A stretch of 31,917 nucleotides of DNA from a virus. Lineage: Duplodnaviria; Caudoviricetes. This document shows, one piece after another, positions 25,434-31,917 of this stretch (positions are counted from its first letter, which is position 1; each line of letters begins with the position of its first letter). Location: IMG/VR virus record IMGVR_UViG_3300020598_000039, positions 1 to 31,917 of that record. One strand, given 5' to 3'. Both the position numbers and the translations under genes were made by a program. The notes beneath the pieces were generated by a model. The model was not told where the DNA came from. It searched no databases and was given only the letters and a program-made list of their open reading frames with translations.

Positions 25434-25834
25434 CCGCGCCGCCCGCGGGCACCCCGTGGTGGGCGTGGGCGATCGTCACCGCGCTCGTGCTGATCGCCTG
25501 GCCGGCGGTGCAGGGCTGGCGCGAGTCGCGACGCGCCCGCCACGAGGTGAAGAACAGCCACCAGATCAACCTGCGCGACGACCTCGACAAGAAGCACGAG
25601 GCCGTGCTCGCCGCCGTCGCGGAGAAGTTCGAGGCCGTCCTCGACGAGCTCGGCGACGTGAAGGACGCCCAGAAGCGGCACGACGCCGAGATCCAGGGCG
25701 TGCGCAAGGACATCCGCCAGGACCGCGACGCCGTCGAGACCGTGACGCGTCGCCTCGACGGGCACACCGCCGAGTCGCGGCGCGAACACGAGGCACTCGT
25801 GCGCCGGATCGAACGGCTGAGCCCGCAGCCCTGA
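25430..25834 (+). CDS. Membrane/coiled-coil protein of the lysis region (DUF2746-like)
   Basis: N-terminal TM, EVKNSH..NLRDDLD motif, coiled coil. Confidence 0.7.
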   Translation: MTAPPAGTPWWAWAIVTALVLIAWPAVQGWRESRRARHEVKNSHQINLRDDLDKKHEAVLAAVAEKFEAVLDELGDVKDAQKRHDAEIQGVRKDIRQDRDAVETVTRRLDGHTAESRREHEALVRRIERLSPQP

Positions 25835-25850
25835 CCCCCAACCCACCAGA

Positions 25851-25882
25851 CCCCGGAGCCGTCGGCCCGGGGGCTTCGTCAT
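25851..25882 (+). terminator. Hairpin before endolysin
   Basis: CCCCGGAGCC/GGCCCGGGG stem followed shortly by TTCGTCAT. Confidence 0.45.
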
Positions 25883-25902
25883 GCCCGAGGAGGCACCCCA
25901 GC

Positions 25903-26943
25903 ATGGTCATGCTCACCGACCTCGCCCGCGTTCTGCGCGCGGCCGGTCTCAAGGTCGTGGAGGTCGACGGGTGGAAGACCCGCGGCTACCGGCACCGCGC
26001 GCGCCCGAACGGCGACGTCGTCGACGTGCGGGGCATCGTCTGCCATCACACCGCGACCCCGTGGTCCGCCACGGGGAACTACCCGTCGCTGCGGATCGTG
26101 CGCGACGGCCGCTCGGACGTGCCCGGCCCGCTCGCGCAGCTGGGTCTGGGCCGCGACGGCACCTGGTACGTCATCGCCGCCGGGTTCGCGAACCACGCCG
26201 GCAAGGTGCGGGACGACGGCTACGGCTCGTCGCACACGCTCGGGATCGAGGCGGAGGCCGCCGGCACCGGCGACCCGCGCGACTGGCCCGAGGAGCAGGT
26301 CGCGTCCTACGCCCGCGGCGTCGCCGCGCTGCAGGCGCACTACTCCGGCGCGTGGGTGAAGGGCCACAAGGAGATCTGCGCGCCCGTCGGCCGCAAAATC
26401 GACCCCTCGTTCGACATGGCCGCGTTCCGCAAGCGCGTCGCCGGCGTCGACCTCGGCGAGCGCGAGGGCGGGGCGTCGCGCGACGACGACCGCGACGCGG
26501 CGCCCGCCGGGTGGGACAACCGCGGCTACTCCAAGGCGTGGATCTCCACCCAGCAGGCCAAGCTCAACCGCCTCGGCTACGACCTCGTCGTCGACGGCAA
26601 GCGCGGCCCCGCGACGATCGCCGCGACGAAGTCGTTCCAGGCGACGCACCGCCTCACCCAGGACGGCATCCCCGGCCCCGCGACGGCGAAGAAACTCGAC
26701 GCCGCCGTCGCCGCCCGCGCGAAGGCGAAGCACCACCGCCGCACCACCACCGCCCCCACGCACGTCTACGCCGGCATCGGCACCAAGCGCGGCCGCCTCC
26801 TGCCCAAGGGCTACCCGTTCACCGTCGTCAACGGCTCCGGCACCAAGGTCGGCAAGACGTGGTGGGTGCAGACCACCGCCGGCAACTGGGTCCGGGGCGC
26901 GAAGACCACCAAGGCCAAGACGGCCACGAAGAAGAAGGGCTGA
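25903..26943 (+). CDS. Endolysin: Amidase_2, peptidoglycan-binding domain and SH3-like C-terminus
   Basis: CHHTA, NHAG, GIEAE and GHKE...KIDP amidase motifs; VDGKRGPAT..A.KSFQ...L.QDGIPGPAT binding domain; GAGGAGG RBS. Confidence 0.92.
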   Translation: MVMLTDLARVLRAAGLKVVEVDGWKTRGYRHRARPNGDVVDVRGIVCHHTATPWSATGNYPSLRIVRDGRSDVPGPLAQLGLGRDGTWYVIAAGFANHAGKVRDDGYGSSHTLGIEAEAAGTGDPRDWPEEQVASYARGVAALQAHYSGAWVKGHKEICAPVGRKIDPSFDMAAFRKRVAGVDLGEREGGASRDDDRDAAPAGWDNRGYSKAWISTQQAKLNRLGYDLVVDGKRGPATIAATKSFQATHRLTQDGIPGPATAKKLDAAVAARAKAKHHRRTTTAPTHVYAGIGTKRGRLLPKGYPFTVVNGSGTKVGKTWWVQTTAGNWVRGAKTTKAKTATKKKG

Positions 26944-26948
26944 CCGCC

Positions 26949-27371
26949 GTGCTCCTCACCCTCACGTTCTGGCGCGCCGCACTGCTGCGCGCCCTGTACA
27001 CCGTGCTCGCGGCCGCGCTGCCGCTCCTGGCCCCGCTCGTCGACGGCGGGTTTGAAGCCGCCCGCCAGGCCCTCCTGGCGCTCGCGTTCGCCGCCGTCCT
27101 GTCCGTCGCAACGTCGCTCGCGAACCTGCCCGAGCTCGGCGGCGGACGCACCCGCTGGGCCGCCGTCCTCGACCGCGTCGTCCGGACGTTCGCCCAGACC
27201 CTCGCTGCTGCCCTGGCATCCGCTGCCGCGTTCACGGACATCTCGTGGCCGCTGCTCATCACCCAGGCGGTCGGGGCGGCGCTCGTTACCCTCGTCCGGA
27301 CGGTGATCGACCTCCTGCCCGAGGTACCGGACGTGCCGGAGGTCGAGGTGCCCGCCGGGTCGGACTCGTGA
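26949..27371 (+). CDS. Holin (r1t-like, tandemly duplicated domain)
   Basis: FWRAALLRALYT...AAVLSVATSLA and RWAAVLDRVVRTFAQT...ISW...AALVTLV; follows the endolysin. Confidence 0.8.
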   Translation: MLLTLTFWRAALLRALYTVLAAALPLLAPLVDGGFEAARQALLALAFAAVLSVATSLANLPELGGGRTRWAAVLDRVVRTFAQTLAAALASAAAFTDISWPLLITQAVGAALVTLVRTVIDLLPEVPDVPEVEVPAGSDS

Positions 27372-27541
27372 CGGCCTGTCCGCCCTGCGGCCTGGACGGC
27401 CCGTGCACGGACAGCGCGTGCGCCGTCCGGACGCACCGGTGTCCGTCCTGCTCGACGCTGTACCCGTCCGCGGCCGCGGCGGACGCGTGCGCCCAGCTCG
27501 ACGCGGACGCCGACCTGCACCGGTCACGCTTCACGGACTGA
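27368..27541 (+). CDS. Small Cys-rich protein
   Basis: GTGA overlap; CPPC, CPSC..LYPS..AA..C. Confidence 0.55.
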   Translation: MTACPPCGLDGPCTDSACAVRTHRCPSCSTLYPSAAAADACAQLDADADLHRSRFTD

Positions 27542-27627
27542 TCGGACGGACACCGGACACACGGACGCCCCCGTCCACCCTTCACGGGTGGACGGGGGCG
27601 TCTTCGTCGTGTCCGGTGTCCGTCCGA
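27542..27627. terminator. 86-bp compound inverted repeat ending the late operon
   Basis: Outer perfect 19-bp arms (27542-27560 / 27609-27627) and inner perfect 17-bp arms (27564-27580 / 27586-27602) followed by TTCGTC. Confidence 0.8.
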
Positions 27628-27721
27628 AATTTCACCCGCTGCCAGGGGCCCCGGAGGCCCGTTCCGACGGCCAACGCCTGGGAGGATTTCTCTTTCGTGC
27701 GGCCCGCAGCAAGGAGTAGCA

Positions 27722-28657
27722 GTGCCCGATATCACCTACGACGTCGGCAACGGACGGACGTTGACGTTCACGGGCAAGGACGCCCAGGCGCGGCTACTCG
27801 CTCACGAGAAGGTCGCCGAGTTCCTGGCCACCAACCCGCCCCTCGCGGTAGACGCCAACCCGGAGCACCAGCGCATCATCTGGTCGTGCTGGGAGCAGGG
27901 CTGGGAGTACGCCCCGTTCATCGTCAAGGCGTGTGGGAGACGGCTGCTCGAGGAGGCGTCTGACTTCGACGTCCGGCTCCTCACCGAACGGACGATCCAG
28001 GACTACGTCTCGCTGGACCCCGTCGTCGCGGCGCGCACGTCGAAGTGGAAGGCGCACTACTCCGACGTGCTCCGTGTGTCCCTGCTGGCCGAGCATGGCG
28101 GCATCTGGGCGGACGCCACCGTGCTCGTCACCCAGCCGCTCGACAGCCTGTACCGCCAGGTTCTGCCGACCCCGTTCTTCGCCTACACGGTGACGAAGTT
28201 CCTCTCGAGTTGGTTCCTCATCGCGCAGCGCGGGAGCATCGTTCCTGTTGCCCTCCGCGACTTCCTGACGTGGTTCTGGCGCAACCACGAGGAGCTGCCG
28301 CACTACTTCTGGTTCCACCTGTGCTTCGAGGCCCTGTACGCGCACCTTCCCACCTTCGCGGCCGCGTGGGACTCTGCCGTGATCCACTCGTCGCCCAAGG
28401 CGCACGCCCTGCAGAAGGTCCAACTGGACCCCCTGGACGAGACGAACTACCGAAGGATCCTCCGCACCGGACACGTCCAGAAGATGACCTACCGCTTCAC
28501 CGGGGCACCGGCCGCCCCCGAGGGGTCATACCTGGCCAGGGCGTTCGAGGACTTCCCGCCTCTGTACGAGTGGGCAGGCGCGCGGCCGCGGCCCTTGAAG
28601 CGGTTCCCAGAACCGCGCGGCCTCAGCCGCCTCCGTCAGTTGGCTCGTCTCCGCTGA
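27722..28657 (+). CDS. Capsular polysaccharide synthesis (Caps_synth / GT32-like) glycosyltransferase moron
   Basis: IIWSCWEQG...AP.IVKAC, YSDVLRVSLLAEHGGIWADAT, SSWFL, YFWFH and VQKMTY motifs; AAGGAG RBS. Confidence 0.88.
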   Translation: MPDITYDVGNGRTLTFTGKDAQARLLAHEKVAEFLATNPPLAVDANPEHQRIIWSCWEQGWEYAPFIVKACGRRLLEEASDFDVRLLTERTIQDYVSLDPVVAARTSKWKAHYSDVLRVSLLAEHGGIWADATVLVTQPLDSLYRQVLPTPFFAYTVTKFLSSWFLIAQRGSIVPVALRDFLTWFWRNHEELPHYFWFHLCFEALYAHLPTFAAAWDSAVIHSSPKAHALQKVQLDPLDETNYRRILRTGHVQKMTYRFTGAPAAPEGSYLARAFEDFPPLYEWAGARPRPLKRFPEPRGLSRLRQLARLR

Positions 28658-28663
28658 CCGCGT

Positions 28664-28683
28664 TCGAACGCGTGTTCTAGCCT
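28664..28683 (+). promoter_or_regulatory. LexA (SOS) box overlapping the -10 of a leaderless promoter
   Basis: TCGAAC-GCGT-GTTCTA versus the actinobacterial consensus TCGAAC-N4-GTTCGA; TAGCCT lies 6 nt before ATG 28690. Confidence 0.8.
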
Positions 28684-28689
28684 GGCGCC

Positions 28690-28986
28690 ATGGGGACGAG
28701 ACGACGACCGCCGGCCGGAGGCTGGCCCGCCGGAGTGGAGGCGGTGCCGCTGCGCGACACGGCGCTCGACGCCCCGAAGGGCGGCAGGGCGGGCGAGCGC
28801 GTCGTCGAGCCGGATGAACCGCCCGCGGTGCGCACGTGGATCACTTACGGGCGTGAGCAGCGCGAGGCCGAGGTGGACGGCTGGGCGATCGCCTGGACGT
28901 CGCGGCAGGTCCACGTCCGTTACCTCGACGCCGCCGGCCGCCAAGGCTGGGCGTGGGTCTGGGCCTCCGCCGTGGAGCGCCGATGA
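28690..28986 (+). CDS. Small Trp-rich beta protein, putatively SOS-induced
   Basis: VRTWI...VDGWAIAWTSRQVHVRY...WAWVWASAVERR; downstream of the LexA box. Confidence 0.78.
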   Translation: MGTRRRPPAGGWPAGVEAVPLRDTALDAPKGGRAGERVVEPDEPPAVRTWITYGREQREAEVDGWAIAWTSRQVHVRYLDAAGRQGWAWVWASAVERR

Positions 28987-29285
28987 TCGAGTCCGAGGCT
29001 CGGGACTTCGGCGGGCTGATCGAGCACCACGACGCCGCGCCGCGCGGGCAGAAGCTGCTCTCGGCCCCGGTGCCGGCACGCTGCACCGCGCGGACCTACG
29101 GCGGCGACATCGTCACGCTCGAGGGCGTCGTGACGCACCAGGCGCCTGGCCTGCTCGCGTTCTCGGCGGAGTACCCCGGTTGGGGCCAGTGGTCGGCATG
29201 GGTCCGGCGCGAGTGCTGCGTGCCGCAGCCGGCGCGCCTGCTCGCTCCACGTCCCCTGATGAAGGGCGGCATGATTCCGTCATGA
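28983..29285 (+). CDS. Small hypothetical protein, possible distant paralogue of the upstream gene
   Basis: ATGA-coupled; PVPARC...LEGVV...WSAWV pattern. Confidence 0.6.
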   Translation: MIESEARDFGGLIEHHDAAPRGQKLLSAPVPARCTARTYGGDIVTLEGVVTHQAPGLLAFSAEYPGWGQWSAWVRRECCVPQPARLLAPRPLMKGGMIPS

Positions 29286-30157
29286 GCATCGGTGCTTGGT
29301 GGTTCGGGCCGGCAACGGATGGCCTCCACGAAGACGCGACACACTTCGGCGGACGGGTCATCCTCGTCTCGCACTACGACGAGATCCGGGCCGACTTCGA
29401 GGCCGCCTGCGACGACGTGGTCCTCTTCCGCGGTCCGGCCTACCGGGACGGGCGGTACGAGCGAAGCGCACCGAAATCTGCCAGGTCGATCCTGGCGCAC
29501 CCCTCGGAGCTCGACGAGTCCGCACGTGATGCCATGACGCTGGCTGGCTACGTCGACAACGTCGACGCGCCGGTCATGATGCTGCAGTTCGGAAACAAGG
29601 TGCCCGGCGTGCTCAGGTGGATGCCGAGCGAGTTTTCAATGGCTGACGCGGGCTACCAAGGCAATCGCCGTAGGGAAGCGTTGGCTCAGGGGCCTCTGCC
29701 CGATGGGTTTGATGCGCTGCTCGCGGACGAGGCCTTCCGGCGGGCCGGCAAGATCGAGGCCGCGTACCGAGCTGCGGCGCAAAGGATCGAGGATTCGGAT
29801 GGCCGCCGCACGGTGCCGCTCCGTAGCTGGGACTTCCTTGCCCGTGCTGGCATCTGGCTGGTCGGCATCGGTCTGATGGTCTGGCTCGTCCTCGCGTCGT
29901 CCTGGCCGGTGCCGGCATACATCGTTGCGGGACTGGCGGTGGCGACGTCCGTCCGAGCTTCGGAGCGGCGCATTCGAAACCGCGTTCGCAGGGGCCTCTA
30001 CGACGGGACATGGGAACGAGGCCCGTTGCGACTGAGGGTCCTGACTCGCCAGGACGTGAGGGACGCGAGGTGGAACGACCACCGGGACATCAAGGTCGCG
30101 GTCGTCAGTGCGGTCGCAGGCGCTGCCCTGACGTATCTGTTCACGGTTCTGGCGTGA
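29282..30157 (+). CDS. Hypothetical membrane protein (about 3 TM), moron-like
   Basis: ATG 29282 follows CATGAT-N6; two adjacent TM plus one C-terminal TM; atypical codon use. Confidence 0.7.
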   Translation: MSIGAWWFGPATDGLHEDATHFGGRVILVSHYDEIRADFEAACDDVVLFRGPAYRDGRYERSAPKSARSILAHPSELDESARDAMTLAGYVDNVDAPVMMLQFGNKVPGVLRWMPSEFSMADAGYQGNRRREALAQGPLPDGFDALLADEAFRRAGKIEAAYRAAAQRIEDSDGRRTVPLRSWDFLARAGIWLVGIGLMVWLVLASSWPVPAYIVAGLAVATSVRASERRIRNRVRRGLYDGTWERGPLRLRVLTRQDVRDARWNDHRDIKVAVVSAVAGAALTYLFTVLA

Positions 30158-30170
30158 CCTGCGCGCCCGC

Positions 30171-30944
30171 TCACGCGGCCCGGACCGCCTGACCTCCGAG
30201 CTCGCGGCGCAGCAGCTCGGCGATCGCCGTCTTGCGGACGGGCACGTGGTGCTCGATCTGTCGGGCGGACAGATGCTCCTCGAGGTGCAGCCGGACGATC
30301 TCGTCGCGGTGCTCGACGGCGCGTCCGCGCGTCCGGGGGCGGGGCGAAGTGTGCCGGCGGACGTCCTTCGGCGCGGCCGCCGTCGTTCCGGCCTGGCCGT
30401 CCGTGTCCGTGGTGTCCGGGGCGGTGTCCGCGTCCTGGTCGTCGTTCGTGTCCGCCTGGGCCTCCGTCGTGGCGCTCGCGGCCACCGTGTCCGCGTCCGG
30501 CTCGGTGGCGCTCGCGGCGTCCGTCCGGGCGGTGATGAGGTCGGCGATGGTGTGGATGGCCAGGAGGACGGCGACGGGCGCGAGGGCGGCGACGACGGTG
30601 CCGATGGCGCGCTGCCAGGGCTCGGGGACGTCGGCGGCGTGGGCGGCGTTGGCGATCACGGACACGGCCGTCCAGAGCGCCAGGGCAGCCCAGGCGCCGC
30701 GGGCCCGCTCGCCGCGTGCGCGCTTCACGAGGACGGCCAAGAGGTAGACGACGGTGGCGGCATCGAGCATCACGGGCACGGCCCAGGACAGCGTGACGGG
30801 GACGGCCGCCCAGGCGGAGACCTCGCGCAGCGCGGCGTAGGAGATCGCGAAGCTGACGCCGGCGAGACCGGCGGTGAGGAGGACGGCCAGGACGAGGACG
30901 GGCAGGGTGTCGGGGTTGATCCGGGACGGGCGGTGCTGGGACAT
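30171..30944 (-). CDS. DUF2637-like membrane protein with C-terminal HTH
   Basis: SFAISYAALREV, AVPVMLD, SVIANAAHA and VAALAPVAVLLAIH (4 TM), an acidic linker, then EIVRLH...LSARQIE..V.V.KTAI; GAAGGAG RBS. Confidence 0.85.
   Translation of the reverse strand: MSQHRPSRINPDTLPVLVLAVLLTAGLAGVSFAISYAALREVSAWAAVPVTLSWAVPVMLDAATVVYLLAVLVKRARGERARGAWAALALWTAVSVIANAAHAADVPEPWQRAIGTVVAALAPVAVLLAIHTIADLITARTDAASATEPDADTVAASATTEAQADTNDDQDADTAPDTTDTDGQAGTTAAAPKDVRRHTSPRPRTRGRAVEHRDEIVRLHLEEHLSARQIEHHVPVRKTAIAELLRRELGGQAVRAA
30321..30527 (-). repeat. CGGAC(A/G)C heptamer array in the DUF2637-like gene linker
   Basis: Plus-strand GTGTCCG at 30403, 30412, 30424, 30448 and 30487; GCGTCCG at 30321, 30329, 30493 and 30517; all in the same orientation. 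Confidence 0.75.
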
Positions 30945-30988
30945 CGGGTCTCTCCTTCGTTGGTGAGCGGTGCGGGGGAGGGCAGGGG

Positions 30989-31615
30989 TCAGCGACGAAT
31001 GAGTGCCCGGATGCTGGCGAGGGTCTCGGGTCGCGGCGGGTTGGCGGCCGCGTGCGCGGCCTGGTCGACGAGGCGCTTCTGGATGTTCGTCGGGCCGTCA
31101 GGCCGGGCCGCGCGCGGAGCGGCGGCCGTCTTCCTCCGAGAGGAGGGGAAGGCGCGCCACGCTGTCAGGTTGGGGGCACCGCCGGGGCGGGCGGCACGGG
31201 CGCGGGCCCGCGCGTCCTTCCCAGCGCGGGCGGACGGCAGCATGGCCACGAGGGCACGCTTCGTGATCGACAGCAGGGACGCGACGCCGCGCAGCCCCTG
31301 GCGGGCGCCGCGGCGCATGACGACGAGCAGCTCGCGCTCCTCGAGCCAGCCTCGGGCCCGGATGATGGTGCGCACGGACAGGCCGGCGCGCTCGGCGACC
31401 TGGGCGTCGGTGGTCTCGGCGATGCCGGACCGGGCGTCGGCGATGCGGCCGAGCGCGAGGAGGTACGTGCGGACGCTCTGTGGTGCGTCGCGGAGGTCGC
31501 CCCAGCCAGAGGCGGCGAGGGTGTCGACGATGCGCCACAGGGGAGCGTGGGCGTTGATGCGCACCGGCCTCGACGTCTGTGTCGGGGGTGCGCTGATACC
31601 GTAGGCGTCAGCCAT
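30989..31615 (-). CDS. Winged-HTH protein, possibly Rep-like
   Basis: VRTYLLAL...SG..ETTDAQVAERAGLSVRTIIRARGWLEERELL winged-helix pattern. Confidence 0.7.
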   Translation of the reverse strand: MADAYGISAPPTQTSRPVRINAHAPLWRIVDTLAASGWGDLRDAPQSVRTYLLALGRIADARSGIAETTDAQVAERAGLSVRTIIRARGWLEERELLVVMRRGARQGLRGVASLLSITKRALVAMLPSARAGKDARARARAARPGGAPNLTAWRAFPSSRRKTAAAPRAARPDGPTNIQKRLVDQAAHAAANPPRPETLASIRALIRR

Positions 31616-31646
31616 CAGGGGGAGTCCTGTTCCCTCGTGGTGGTCA

Positions 31647-31703
31647 GACCCCGTCAGGTGTTACCAGCACCTGTCGGGGTCGTTCTGTTGTGGGGCCACC
31701 GTA
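31647..31703 (-). promoter_or_regulatory. Putative -10 and leader hairpin of the wHTH-DUF2637 cassette
   Basis: Minus-strand TACGGT (31703-31698), then GACCCCGACAGGTG-CTGGTAA-CACCTGACGGGGTC (31681-31647). Confidence 0.55.
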
Positions 31704-31783
31704 GCGCAATCTCGTGCAGCCTGCTGCTACACATCTGCTACACGAGATTGCGCCGCGAGTTCTCTGCATCGACATCGATGCAG
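31704..31783. promoter_or_regulatory. Right att arm: arm-type repeats and inverted repeats
   Basis: TGCTACAC at 31725 and 31736; 17-bp IR (16/17 match) 31704-31720 / 31737-31753; palindrome CTGCATCGA-CA-TCGATGCAG at 31764-31783. Confidence 0.7.
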
Positions 31784-31792
31784 GTCAGAGAG

Positions 31793-31838
31793 GTGGGCCC
31801 CCAGGGGCTCGAACCCTGAACCCGCGGATTAAAAGTCC
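31793..31838. repeat. Right att core (46 bp)
   Basis: Identical to 1136-1181. Confidence 0.97.
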
Positions 31839-31866
31839 GCTGCTCTGCCAGTTGAGCTAGAGGCCC
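31794..31866 (-). tRNA. tRNA-Lys(UUU), 73 nt, CCA not encoded
   Basis: GGGCCTCTAGCTCAACTGGCAGAGCAGCGGACTTTTAATCCGCGGGTTCAGGGTTCGAGCCCCTGGGGGCCCA folds as a cloverleaf with a TTT anticodon. Confidence 0.97.
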
Positions 31867-31917
31867 GCCGCCGTCCGCCCGGAGGTCGGTCGCCGGCTGC
31901 GGACAGCGTACGCGGGG

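Larger units (their letters stand above)
1136..31838. mobile_element. Complete HK97-head siphovirus prophage integrated in tRNA-Lys; predicted excised circle 30,657 bp
   Basis: Flanking 46-bp direct repeats, with integrase, immunity, replication, packaging, head, tail and lysis modules in canonical order. Confidence 0.96.

Noticed and set aside
27542-27627. Protelomerase (telRL) site of a linear plasmid prophage
   Set aside because: No protelomerase gene is recognisable, the palindrome is interrupted, and the element is integrated through a tRNA att site.

Overview
The window holds an apparently intact temperate siphovirus prophage of about 30.7 kb in a very GC-rich actinobacterium. It is integrated in a minus-strand tRNA-Lys(UUU) gene (31794-31866) and bounded by a perfect 46-bp att core at 1136-1181 and 31793-31838. 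Host genes on the left are a 5'-truncated ABM-type membrane protein and a glycerophosphodiester phosphodiesterase (GDPD). From left to right the prophage carries: tyrosine integrase, ImmA-like protease and XRE repressor; divergent Cro and Xis; a coupled early operon (VRR-NUC, GIY-YIG, replication initiator); a P-loop/HNH fusion and a probable cos region; HK97-type head genes; tail genes with a -1 frameshift chaperone and a short tape measure protein; and a lysis cassette. The right arm is accessory: a Caps_synth-like glycosyltransferase, a LexA-box-controlled pair of small proteins, a 3-TM protein, and a winged-HTH plus DUF2637-like cassette. The most novel-looking signal is a CGGACAC heptamer clustered both inside the DUF2637-like membrane-HTH gene and as inverted arrays in an 86-bp palindrome at the end of the late operon, suggesting a phage DNA-to-membrane tethering or replicon module. 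Also notable are the GDPD start codon abutting the tRNA 3' end and twin covarying hairpins in the capsid gene leader. All protein calls come from motif recognition by eye, with no database searches run.
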